A stretch of 64,000 bases of DNA from Spirochaetia bacterium (GTDB lineage Bacteria > Spirochaetota > Spirochaetia > SZUA-6 > Bin103), in NCBI GenBank assembly GCA_965198005.1, contig CBDAOI010000003.1, positions 512,001 through 576,000 of the forward strand, in the 5' to 3' direction. The notes beneath the pieces were generated by a model. The model had not been told where the DNA came from. It made no database searches and saw only the letters and a program-made list of their open reading frames with translations. Below are positions 9,599 through 18,463 of this stretch, one piece after another. Numbering within the stretch: position 1 is the first letter of the stretch; every line of letters starts with the position of its first letter. The translations under genes were made by a program, and so were the position numbers.

Positions 9599-10285
9599 AT
9601 GAGCGTAGAGTTGATCGGCATCATTGCGGCAGCGGTAGGTCTCGGCACCGTCATGCTCACGTCGATGCGCGGCGTTCGCCGAGAGGTGCACGACCTGCGC
9701 GGCGAGGTGCAGGCGGTTGAGCGCGGACTCCGCGGCGAGATGAAGGCACAGTTCCAGGAACTGCGAGACGAAACCAAGGCGGTCGGCGCCGGGCTCTGGA
9801 AGGACATCAAGGCGGTCGATGGCCGGCTCAGTGACCAAATCAAGGCGGTGGATACCGGCGTCAGGAATGAGTTCAAGGCGCTCGATAGCCGGCTCAGTGA
9901 CCAAATCAAGGCGGTGGATACCGGCCTCAGGAATGAGTTCAAGGCGCTCGATGGCCGGCTCAGTGACCAAGTCAAGGCGGTGGATACCGGCCTCAGGAAT
10001 GAGTTCAAGGCGCTCGATGGCCGGCTCAGTGACCAAATCAAGGCGGTGGATACCGGCGTCAGAGATCAGGGCGCCGAGTTGCGGGACGAAATCAGGGCGG
10101 TCGATACCGGGCTTCGGGGCGAAGTCGGAGGATTGCGCGCCGAAATGCGGGCCGGCTTCAAGGAACTTGCGGCGCGGCTCGTCAACGTCGGAGACCGGCT
10201 ATCGAAGGTCGAGGGGATCATCGAAGGAATGTTCTGGGGCGTGCGCAACGGGCCACCGGAAAAGCCGCGGCAGGGTGTCGCGTAG
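9599..10285 (+). CDS. Membrane-anchored coiled-coil protein with 22-aa tandem repeats
   Basis: N-terminal hydrophobic helix followed by (KAxDGRLSDQIKAVDTGxRNEF) repeats. GAGGT RBS upstream. Confidence 0.75.
   Translation: MSVELIGIIAAAVGLGTVMLTSMRGVRREVHDLRGEVQAVERGLRGEMKAQFQELRDETKAVGAGLWKDIKAVDGRLSDQIKAVDTGVRNEFKALDSRLSDQIKAVDTGLRNEFKALDGRLSDQVKAVDTGLRNEFKALDGRLSDQIKAVDTGVRDQGAELRDEIRAVDTGLRGEVGGLRAEMRAGFKELAARLVNVGDRLSKVEGIIEGMFWGVRNGPPEKPRQGVA
9807..10062 (+). repeat. 66-bp tandem repeat, nearly 4 copies
   Basis: Units start at 9807, 9873, 9939 and 10005. Confidence 0.9.
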
Positions 10286-10298
10286 CTGGTCACGCGGC

Positions 10299-10586
10299 GT
10301 GGCGAACATCATCAATCTGACTTCCACCGAGCTGGCCGACGACTGTTACGTCTACAAGCACTCCACCCAGTGCTCGCTGTGCGCGATGACGGCCGAGGTG
10401 GTCCGTGCGCATCCCTTCGACCGGCCGGTGTACTGGGTCAACGTGATCGAGCAGCGGCCGCTGTCGAACTGGATCGCGGACACCTGCGGCGTGCGCCATC
10501 AGTCGCCGCAACTGATCAAGATCAGCGGCGGACAGGTGGAGCGGCACTGGAGCCACTTGGACATTGATCCGCGCAACCTGAGCTGA
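10299..10586 (+). CDS. YtxJ/BrxC (DUF2847) thioredoxin-fold protein, copy 1
   Basis: GTG start. KHSTQCSLC, VIEQRPLSNWIA, GVRHQSPQ and WSH match the DUF2847 pattern. No clear RBS. Confidence 0.8.
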   Translation: MANIINLTSTELADDCYVYKHSTQCSLCAMTAEVVRAHPFDRPVYWVNVIEQRPLSNWIADTCGVRHQSPQLIKISGGQVERHWSHLDIDPRNLS

Positions 10587-10633
10587 CGGCGAGTCGGAGC
10601 GGCCGCTGGGCACGGCCCTGGCCGGGCGGCGCC

Positions 10634-10851
10634 GCCGTGATAGGAGAGATCGACCAGCGATGAGGAAGGCATGCTGACGAGGTTCTCCATGCTGAACCAG
10701 CGGCTGAGGAAGCCGCGGATGCCGGGCTCCTCCACCTCGTCGATCTCGGCCACCTCTTCCTCGGCTACGCGGGCGCTCCTGGCCACCTCGGTGATCAGCG
10801 CCTTGTCGACGACGTCGTAGTTCAACAACTCCGCCGCCCGTACGCCGATGG
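10634..10851 (-). pseudogene. 218-bp near-identical duplicate of an internal part of the cytidylate kinase-like gene (7689-7906)
   Basis: Base-by-base match with a few substitutions. Lacks the original start and 3' part. Confidence 0.9.
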
Positions 10852-10899
10852 TATCCACGAGTCCAACGCGACCGGAAAGACCGGCTCAGAAGGCCGTCG

Positions 10900-11433
10900 A
10901 TGGAGGATGAAGAGATGTCACTACCAACCTCGGAGCAGGCGAATGCCCTGCTCGCAGCTCGGTGGACGCCGGAGCAATTGTGCGAGAGCAAGAAGGCCGG
11001 CCTTGCAGTCAGCCTGTATCGGGACGGACCGGCGTCGCTCGACGACGCCGCCGAGTTTGCCGCCGTGCCGAAGGCGCGGTTATTGGAGATGATGACGGGC
11101 GACGAGCCCACACCGCTACCGTCCAAGGTAGAGCTGGGAAGAGATGCGGAGCGCTACGTTACGATAGACCCTCGCATCCTCTCGGGGACTCCTTGTCTGA
11201 AGGGGACCCGAGTGCCTGCCCACTACATCGCTGACATGGTAGAAAACGGTGACGCCGTACACCAGATCCTAGCCGCGTATCCTTCCCTTACCGAAGGACG
11301 GATCAGTGCCGCGGTCGCGTACACGCAGGCCTTTCCACGGCGTGCAAGACCGGAGAGGGAACCAGCCTGGCGAGAGCAACAGCCCATTGTCTCACGTGAG
11401 ATTGCGTTCGATGACCTGCCTCCGCCGTCGTGA
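10900..11433 (+). CDS. DUF433-domain antitoxin-like protein
   Basis: IDPRILSGTPCLKGTRVP...ILAAYPSLT..ISAAVAY. Alternative start at 10915 with GGAGG. Confidence 0.85.
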   Translation: MEDEEMSLPTSEQANALLAARWTPEQLCESKKAGLAVSLYRDGPASLDDAAEFAAVPKARLLEMMTGDEPTPLPSKVELGRDAERYVTIDPRILSGTPCLKGTRVPAHYIADMVENGDAVHQILAAYPSLTEGRISAAVAYTQAFPRRARPEREPAWREQQPIVSREIAFDDLPPPS

Positions 11434-11588
11434 AGCTTTTGATCGACGAGTGCCTGAGTCCCGACCTGTCACCGATCGCATGGAAGCGTGGACTGCTTTG
11501 CACGCACGTCACACGACTTGGGCTGAAGTCGGCGCACGACTGGGTTGGCGAGAGCATTCGGAACGCCCGATATCACGGGCGGACCTGA
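11430..11588 (+). pseudogene. Truncated DUF5615 (VapC45-like) PIN toxin
   Basis: GTGA overlap with the DUF433 stop. MKLLIDECLSPDL...HVTRLGLKSAHD, then a stop after 52 aa. Confidence 0.75.
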
Positions 11589-11722
11589 AGGCGATCGGGC
11601 GTGACGCAGTCGACATTACGTTTCGTGTGATTAACGCGGTAACGTCGAACAGGATTCAGTTTCCGGGCTCCGAGAGCCCCGGCGAGTAGTCTTGTCGACG
11701 TGACTATATCGGTGAGACCGGG

Positions 11723-11941
11723 ATGCCAAACACCATGACCCTCGTCTACTACGTCGGCGGGGGAGCGAGCGCAAAGTCGTTGCCGATCGTAAGCAATACT
11801 CCCGAGCGTATGAGTGCGCTCGCTGACCAACTCGGGAACGGTGAGTGCAGTATGCGTCCTTCCGAAGAAGATACTCTCAAACAGCTCATTGAGGAAATGC
11901 AACCTTTTGGCCAAACGGGCGGACTCCAGCCCATCGATTGA
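11723..11941 (+). pseudogene. Possible N-terminal remnant of a SIR2-like domain protein
   Basis: LVYYVGGGASAKSLP resembles the SIR2 hhhGAGAS..LP start. Only 72 aa, lower GC. Confidence 0.4.
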
Positions 11942-12171
11942 TGTGCGGCTGTCCCGCTCGAGCCGAGCTGAACAGGGCGGCAACGCTCGGTGATCGGTCG
12001 CGGAGCTGCCGCTGGCCAGCCACGTGCCCTCCGCCTTCCGCAGCGCCGCTTCGGACGACTTCCCCAACGGCGCGGCGGCAGTCTGATGGAGCCGGAGCCG
12101 GAGCCCCGCACTTCCGCGGCTCTGGATTTATCCGACACGGGGGCGTACCTTCTTACCGCGGGAGAGGTGCC

Positions 12172-12459
12172 GTGGCGAACATCATCAACCTGACTTCCAC
12201 CGAGCTGGCGGACGAGTGCTACGTCTACAAGCACTCCACCCAGTGCTCGCTGTGCGCGATGGCGGCCGAGGTGATCCGCACCTACAGGTTCGACCGGCCG
12301 GTGTACTGGGTCAACGTGATCGAGCAGCGGCCGCTGTCGAACTGGATCGCGGACACCTGCGGCGTGCGCCATCAGTCGCCGCAGCTCATCAAGATCAGCG
12401 GCGGCCGCGTGGAGCAGCACTGGAGCCACTTGGACATCAGCCCCCGTAACCTGAACTGA
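12172..12459 (+). CDS. YtxJ/BrxC (DUF2847) thioredoxin-fold protein, copy 2
   Basis: GGAGAGG RBS and GTG start. Differs from copy 1 at 10 of 95 aa. Confidence 0.85.
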   Translation: MANIINLTSTELADECYVYKHSTQCSLCAMAAEVIRTYRFDRPVYWVNVIEQRPLSNWIADTCGVRHQSPQLIKISGGRVEQHWSHLDISPRNLN

Positions 12460-12468
12460 CCGGCAGCC

Positions 12469-13536
12469 ATGGAGTATCGACGCATGGGGCGTACCGGGCT
12501 GAAGGTGTCCGAGCTGTGCCTCGGCACCATGACCTTCGGGGTCAGCGCCGACGAGGCGGCGGCGGCGCGGATGGTGGACGCCGCCATTGACGCCGGGGTG
12601 AACTTCTTCGACACCGCCAACTCCTACGCCGGCGGCGAGTCGGAGCGGCTGCTGGGCACGGCCCTGGCCGGGCGGCGCCAGGAAGTGGTGGTGGCCACCA
12701 AGTTCTTCAATCCCATGGGCGGCGGCGTCAACGACTCGGGCATGTCGCGGGTGCACGTCATGCGCGCCATCGACGCCAGCTTGCGGCGCCTGGGCACCGA
12801 CTGGGTGGACCTCTACTACGTCCATCACGTGGACGTGGAGACCGAGCTGGAGGAAATGCTGCACGCGGTCGACACCCTGGTGCGGCAGGGCAAGGTGCGC
12901 TACGCCGCGTGCAGCAACTACGAGGCGTGGCGGCTGAGCGAAGCGCTGTGGCTCAGCGACCACGCCGGCCTGGCCCGGTTCGAGTGCTACCAGCCGCAGT
13001 ACAGCCTGGTGGTGCGCGACGTCGAGTTGGAGTTGCTGCCGCTGTGCGCCTACAAGCGGCTCGGGGTGGCGGTATGGGCGCCGCTGGCCGGCGGCTTTCT
13101 GGGCGGCAGGTACCGGCCGGGCGTGCCGGTGCAGGAGGGCACCCGTTCGGCCGAGGGCTGGGCCTTTCCGCGTCCCTTCTTCGCGCCGTCTGCCGACGCC
13201 ACCCTGAAGCTGCTGCTGGAGCGCGCGCCCGACACCGGCCGGACGCCGGCGCAGGTGGCGCTGCGCTGGGTCCTGGAGCGGCCCGGCATCACCTCGGCCA
13301 TAGTGGGCGCGCGCGATGTCGAGCAGTTGAGGGAGAACCTTGGCAGCGTCGGCTGGCGGCTCGACCCCGAGCTGGCGCAGGCCCTTACTGCGGTGAGCGA
13401 ACCGCCGCCCCGCTACCCGCAATCGATGGAACAGAGCATGGCGCAACGGCGGGCCGCGGCGGTCACCGCGCCGCAACCGTACGGGGCGCCGGGCCCGGCT
13501 GAGGAGCCGAGGCGCAAGCCCGCCGGAAGCCCGTAG
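12469..13536 (+). CDS. Aldo/keto reductase
   Basis: GLKVSELCLGTMTFG, FFDTANSY, VATK, DLYYVH and QPQYSL motifs. Confidence 0.95.
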   Translation: MEYRRMGRTGLKVSELCLGTMTFGVSADEAAAARMVDAAIDAGVNFFDTANSYAGGESERLLGTALAGRRQEVVVATKFFNPMGGGVNDSGMSRVHVMRAIDASLRRLGTDWVDLYYVHHVDVETELEEMLHAVDTLVRQGKVRYAACSNYEAWRLSEALWLSDHAGLARFECYQPQYSLVVRDVELELLPLCAYKRLGVAVWAPLAGGFLGGRYRPGVPVQEGTRSAEGWAFPRPFFAPSADATLKLLLERAPDTGRTPAQVALRWVLERPGITSAIVGARDVEQLRENLGSVGWRLDPELAQALTAVSEPPPRYPQSMEQSMAQRRAAAVTAPQPYGAPGPAEEPRRKPAGSP

Positions 13537-13686
13537 CGCCGTCGGCCACGCCACGGGCGGCACCCGGGTGCCGCCGCCGAACTGGTAAACCGCGTTGCGC
13601 GTTTAGGGTTTAGGATGTCGTGATCGACCTTACCGCACACGGCGGCGGCACGGGCTTGGCTGCCGACCACGCCGGAGGCAGCCCGG

Positions 13687-14442
13687 TCAGGTACGGTGGT
13701 CTTCCGCGGCGCCGGTGGGCACGAAGCCGAGCACGGAGCGGCCGTGCTCCAGGTCGCGGTAGCCCCAGCGGTTGTTCGACGTCACGTAGAACACGTCGTA
13801 CTTGAGGTCCGCCGGGGCGTCGAGGCAACGCTCCACCATCTGCGCGATGTCCGCTTGGCTGCAGTAGACCGAGAACTGGCGCGGCAGCGTGGGCTTGTCC
13901 TCTGCCACCACGTTGCCGATGCGCAGGCAGAGAATCGACAGCTCGGTGGTATCGGTGAAGTGCCGGGCCAGCGCCTCGCCGAACACCTTGCTGCAGCCGT
14001 ACAGGCCGCGCGGCCACACCGCCGACTCGTGCGTGAGCCGGTCCCAGGTGGCGGGCGCCGCCTGGTAGCGGCCTTCGACGAGCGCCCGGTAGGGCATCAC
14101 GTTCTCCCACCCGGCGGTCGCCATCCCGCTGCTGGCGTACACGATGCGCCGTACCCCGGCCCGGCGCGCCGCCTCGAACACGTTGTAGGTGCCGACGATG
14201 TTGTCGTTGAGGATCGTCTCCCAGCTTTCTGACGGGCGGGCGAACGCAGCCAGGTGCACGACCGCGTCGATCCCGTCAAACGCGGGCCGAATCGCCTCCA
14301 GGTCGCCGACGTCGGCCGTAACGCACGGCACGCCCGGCAACGCGCGCCGGTTCAGCGCGCGCAACGCGAACCGCCCCTGCAGGTGATCCCGCAGCACGCC
14401 GCCGATCAGGCCGCTCATGCCGGTAATCAGAACGTTCTTCAT
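13687..14442 (-). CDS. NAD-dependent epimerase/dehydratase (uronate dehydrogenase-like)
   Basis: ITGMSGLIG, VHLAA, YGCSK and LRIG motifs. Confidence 0.88.
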   Translation of the reverse strand: MKNVLITGMSGLIGGVLRDHLQGRFALRALNRRALPGVPCVTADVGDLEAIRPAFDGIDAVVHLAAFARPSESWETILNDNIVGTYNVFEAARRAGVRRIVYASSGMATAGWENVMPYRALVEGRYQAAPATWDRLTHESAVWPRGLYGCSKVFGEALARHFTDTTELSILCLRIGNVVAEDKPTLPRQFSVYCSQADIAQMVERCLDAPADLKYDVFYVTSNNRWGYRDLEHGRSVLGFVPTGAAEDHRT

Positions 14443-14500
14443 GTGTGTCGGAGCCGCGCGGCGCCGCACACAACGGCACCGCGCATCTCGGCACCAAGCC

Positions 14501-15204
14501 TCAGAACGCCACGTCGATGCCCAGGTTGACCCGGTGGGTGAGCATCAGCCCCGGGGATACGGTTACGTATTCGTCGCCGACAATTTCCTTGGTCGACTTC
14601 AACTGCGGGTTGACGATCCCGAACAGCCGGTAGCCGAGGTCGAGCCCGATGGCGTCGGTAAGCTGGTAGACCACGCCGGCGCCGCCCTGGAAGGCGAACA
14701 CCCATCCGGAGAAGACCTTCTCGCTAAGGGACAATCAAATCGGAAGGTGTCCGCCCTTAGGTGCCGTCGCGCTGATGAGCCGCCGCCGCCGCCGACCCCG
14801 ATGTAGGGAACGAACGCGGTGCCGGTGTCGACGTCCAGCCAGACGTTGGCGGTGCCGCCGAACAGCGTGAAGCCCCCCTTCGGAGTCCTTGTCCCCGGCG
14901 TCGTCACCGGCCTCAGTGACGGCAAACCCCGCGTTCAGGTAGGAGACCTCGGCGTCGACGCGGAAGTCGCCGAAGTCGTAGCCCACGCCGCCGGCGAAGC
15001 CGAAGCCGAACGAGAACGACCAGTCGGTGTCCTCCTTCCGCCGAGCCCATGCTTCGCCTTGACCTTGCTCGCGTCGCCGACCAGATTGGCGCCGACGTCG
15101 AGCGAACCATAGAGGCCGGTGCCGCCCATTCCCAGCTGCGCGAAGGTGGCCACCGATTGCGCGGCCAGCAAAACCACAGTGCAGAGCACCGCATAGATAC
15201 GCAT
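14501..15204 (-). pseudogene. Opacity/porin-like outer-membrane beta-barrel, broken by three frameshifts
   Basis: Signal peptide, then GGVGYDFGDFRVDAEVSY, FVPYIGVGGG and FAFQGGAGVVYQLTDAIGLDLGYR with a terminal F, spread over four segments in alternating frames. Confidence 0.85.
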
Positions 15205-15331
15205 GTGTCAGATCCCTCCCAGATGGATCGAATAGTATTCTCTACCTTACTACACAAGAAAAAGTTGTGCAACTGCTTATCCGGTAACATCCCGGTAACA
15301 TTTCGCCAGCAGCAGTATATTGTATCCGCGC

Positions 15332-16282
15332 ATGTCTGTCCGCGGCGATTTGCCCCGACTGATTCCCGTCGCCGCGGCGGTGGCGGTGATCGCCGCGGGG
15401 CTGGCCGCCTTCCTCGCCGTGCGTGGTCCCGCGCCGGAACGGGTGGCGGCGGACTTCCTGCGCGCCCGCTACGTCAACGACGCGCGTGCGGTGTACGCGG
15501 TGGCCTCGGCCGCCGACCGCCGCTACCGCTCGCTCGAAGAACACCTGCAGAGCCATCCCCCGTTTCCGGCCGACTACCAGGAACTGATCGACGAGCTGGC
15601 GCGATTCATCGAGATCCGCGCCACCGACGTGGCGCTGCAACCGGACCGCGGCCTGGTGACCGTGCGCGGCTCGGTCCCGAACGCCAACCACCCGGAGTTG
15701 GCGGGCCTGCTGCACGGCACGGGCGCGGAGGCGGCGCCCGCCTCCCTGCCTGAGCGCCGGTCCGCGCTCCGCGCGCGGGGCCGGGACGGCGCGCTGCCCG
15801 TGATCGAGTTCACCGAGCAGGTGGAGCTGGTGCGCGAGCCGGACGGCTGGCGGGTGTTCCTCGACTGGGCGGTGGGCCACACCATCACCTTCGCCGCCGA
15901 GGTGCGCGAGCAGCTCCCGTTCGAGTTCAGCGTGCAGCCGGCCAGCGTCACGCTCAAGCCGGGCGAGGTCGCAGCGGCGCTGTTCCGCGCCCGCAACACG
16001 TCAGACCGCACCGTCAAGGCCAAGGCCGGGCACCTGTTCGACCCGCCCGTGGCGTTCCTGCACACCGAGCTGGTGCAGTGCTTCTGCTTCTTCGAAGACA
16101 CGTTCGCCGCGGGCGAGGAAAAGGAACTGCCGGTGGCGGTCCGGCTCGGCTGGGACATTCCACCCGACCTCACCGAGATCACCATGACCTACGAGTACTA
16201 CCCGCTGGAGCGGTTCCAGGACCGCCGGCCCGCCGTGACCGGTGCCCCGGCCGACCAGGCTGGCCGCGGCGCCGCCGACTGA
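15332..16282 (+). CDS. Cox11/CtaG-like copper chaperone domain fused to an extra N-terminal domain
   Basis: C-terminal VTLKPGE, QCFCF and EEKELPV motifs. N-terminal TM plus about 150-aa insert. Confidence 0.8.
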   Translation: MSVRGDLPRLIPVAAAVAVIAAGLAAFLAVRGPAPERVAADFLRARYVNDARAVYAVASAADRRYRSLEEHLQSHPPFPADYQELIDELARFIEIRATDVALQPDRGLVTVRGSVPNANHPELAGLLHGTGAEAAPASLPERRSALRARGRDGALPVIEFTEQVELVREPDGWRVFLDWAVGHTITFAAEVREQLPFEFSVQPASVTLKPGEVAAALFRARNTSDRTVKAKAGHLFDPPVAFLHTELVQCFCFFEDTFAAGEEKELPVAVRLGWDIPPDLTEITMTYEYYPLERFQDRRPAVTGAPADQAGRGAAD

Positions 16283-16418
16283 AAGCCGGTCAGCGGCTGC
16301 CGGCAAGTGTCTTGAGTCGGCAAGGACACTCCGTGGAAGACCATGAAAATCGATGTTCAGGCATCGCCGGTTGGCCAGCATTTTCGGGTTAGTGATCGGG
16401 GCCTGGACGACCCGTGGG

Positions 16419-16999
16419 TCAGGCGATGTCGTACGGAACGGCGATGATGATGGCGATCAGCATGCCATCCCGCTCGAGCACCAGATCGACCTCCGTGCCG
16501 GAGTGCACGCGCCAGTGATGGGCGCGCGGCGGATGCCGCATCGTCTGAGCCTGCTTGAGCAGATCGAGGACGACGTGAGTTTCGAACAGAGCGCCCTGAA
16601 TCGGATTCGACAGCAGGGCCGTGGGGCTGGAGATTCGCTGGGTCCACGCCGCCAGGCCGGTGTCGGCGCACAGGCCGACGAGACGCGCAAACAGATCCGC
16701 GTCTTCGACCGCGGCAACCCGGCGCACGTCGCGTTCGACGTAGGTCCGCAGGTAAGAGAAGAACAGATCGGGGAGAATCTCGTCGTCGTGGTCCAGGTGA
16801 CCGGGGAACCCGCCCCGCCAGAGGCGGCTTGCCAAGGTGGGCTCGATAGCGCGTTGCGGCAGCCGGTCGCACCCGCGCAACTTGGCGAGCGGGTTGGCGG
16901 CGAACAAGTCTTCAACCCACGTCCCCTGTGTCGTCCCCCGGTGGCAGCGCTCGGCCAACGCGAGAAACGGAAGATCGAGCACAGCCACTCGTCCGGCCA
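16419..16999 (-). pseudogene. Remnant of AAA ATPase + DUF4143 protein (5'-truncated, internally deleted)
   Basis: AGRVAVLDL, RGGFP, YLRTYVERDV, DTGLA, GALFE and EVDLVLE motifs. Walker A region is missing. Confidence 0.8.
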
Positions 17000-17381
17000 T
17001 GGGCGTAGGTCTCAAATTGACCGGTCGAGGCAGCACGGCCGTGTGCCAGCTCGACCATGCGCGGGCGCGGGCGCATCCCGCCGGCAGGTGGCGCGGCCGT
17101 CATGAACCGCCGGCCGGCGGCGGTTCCCAAAGCACGTCGAGCGCCGCCGCCAGGTCGAGCGACTCCCCGTACCACTCCGGCGTCGCCGTATGCGGGCCGA
17201 TCGTGATCCCCGCCTGCCGCAGCCGCGCCTCGGTCGGCTCCAGCGGCGCCCCCTCCCAGCGAGGCGCCACCGGCACCGCCGGCAGCGGCGCACCATCCGG
17301 CCGCCGGAACACAAGCTGCCCATCCGCGCCAGAGACCACCTGCAACCCCTCCTCGTGCACCGCCCGGTGGTGGTAGCGACA
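17000..17381 (-). repeat. Left arm of a 382-bp inverted repeat: 3' end of an HNH (DUF222/13E12-like) gene plus 100-bp tail
   Basis: Reverse complement of 20772-21153 with at least 4 substitutions. Encodes CRYHHRAVHEEG...FRRPDG...WYGESLDL. Confidence 0.9.
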
Positions 17382-17470
17382 CACGAGAACTAATGCGGTG
17401 CCCGGGGTAATGCGGAGTCACATGACCTAATTCCTTTAGGAATGGCTCTTGAGGCCCAGATCGCTGTGCA

Positions 17471-18463
17471 TTATCCCGGGGCCAGAAGCGAGGCGATCAG
17501 CGCGTCGGGCGCCTTGAATCGCCCGCGCCGCAGTTCCGGCGGCAGTACAGCTTCGACGGCCTCCAGCTTTTCGGTGGGGTCCACGCGCAGATAGACTTCG
17601 GTGGTGCGCACATCGGCGTGTCCCAGCCATAGGGCGACCTTGCGGATATCGCCGGTAGCCTGAAGCATGGTGAGAGCGCAGCTATGGCGTAACTGGTGGG
17701 GCGAGATCGGGCGTCCCGCCAGCGAGGGACATGCCGTCGCGGCTGCCCGCACGTGCTTGTCCAGGACGTACTCGAATCCGGCGCGGCTCATGGGCCTGTC
17801 GGTGGCGTTCAGGAACAGCTCCGGCACTGGATTCTCGCCGCGGACGGCGAGCCAGGCACGGAGGTCGGCGGCGGTTTGTTTCCACAGCGGGAGACAGCGC
17901 TCACGGCGGCCCTTGCCAAGCACTCGGAGACTCGCAGTTCCGCGCAGCGACAGATCTGCCACCTGCGCCGTCACCAGTTCGGACACGCGCAGAGCAGCAG
18001 CGAAGCAGAGATGGAGCATGGCGCGGTCGCGGATGCCGAACCGGGTGGTGGTATCGGGAGCGTCCAGGAGCGCGCTGATCTCGTCCATGGTCAGGTGGCG
18101 GACGAGCGGCTGATCATGGCGTTTGGTCGGGATGGCAAGGATCTGTCTGGCTTGGTCGAGCGCAGCCGGGTGGCGGAACTCGACATAGCGCATGAAGGCT
18201 TTCACTGCTGCCAGTCGGATGTTGCGGCTGGCCGGGCTGCCACCACGATCCACCTCGAAGTGGGTGAGGAAAGCCAGGATGAGCGGGGCGTCGAGGTGTT
18301 TGAGGTACAGCTGCGATGGTCTGATGCCGAGGCGATCGGCAGCGAAGATGAACAACAGCCGGAAGGCATAGGCGTAGCTCTCACAGGTATGGGGGCTATA
18401 GCCGCGCTGCACGGGGAGGTAGTCGCGCAGGAAGTCGGTGATCAGGGGAGCGATAGGAGTCAT
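17471..18463 (-). CDS. Tyrosine recombinase RitC
   Basis: LRVSE, GKGRRER, HQLRH, LGH and TTEVY motifs. Confidence 0.93.
   Translation of the reverse strand: MTPIAPLITDFLRDYLPVQRGYSPHTCESYAYAFRLLFIFAADRLGIRPSQLYLKHLDAPLILAFLTHFEVDRGGSPASRNIRLAAVKAFMRYVEFRHPAALDQARQILAIPTKRHDQPLVRHLTMDEISALLDAPDTTTRFGIRDRAMLHLCFAAALRVSELVTAQVADLSLRGTASLRVLGKGRRERCLPLWKQTAADLRAWLAVRGENPVPELFLNATDRPMSRAGFEYVLDKHVRAAATACPSLAGRPISPHQLRHSCALTMLQATGDIRKVALWLGHADVRTTEVYLRVDPTEKLEAVEAVLPPELRRGRFKAPDALIASLLAPG

Noticed and set aside
9807-10062. Regular repeats as a CRISPR array (also 5583-5725 and 62651-62753)
   Set aside because: No unique spacers, unit lengths are multiples of 3 inside ORFs, and no cas genes are present.
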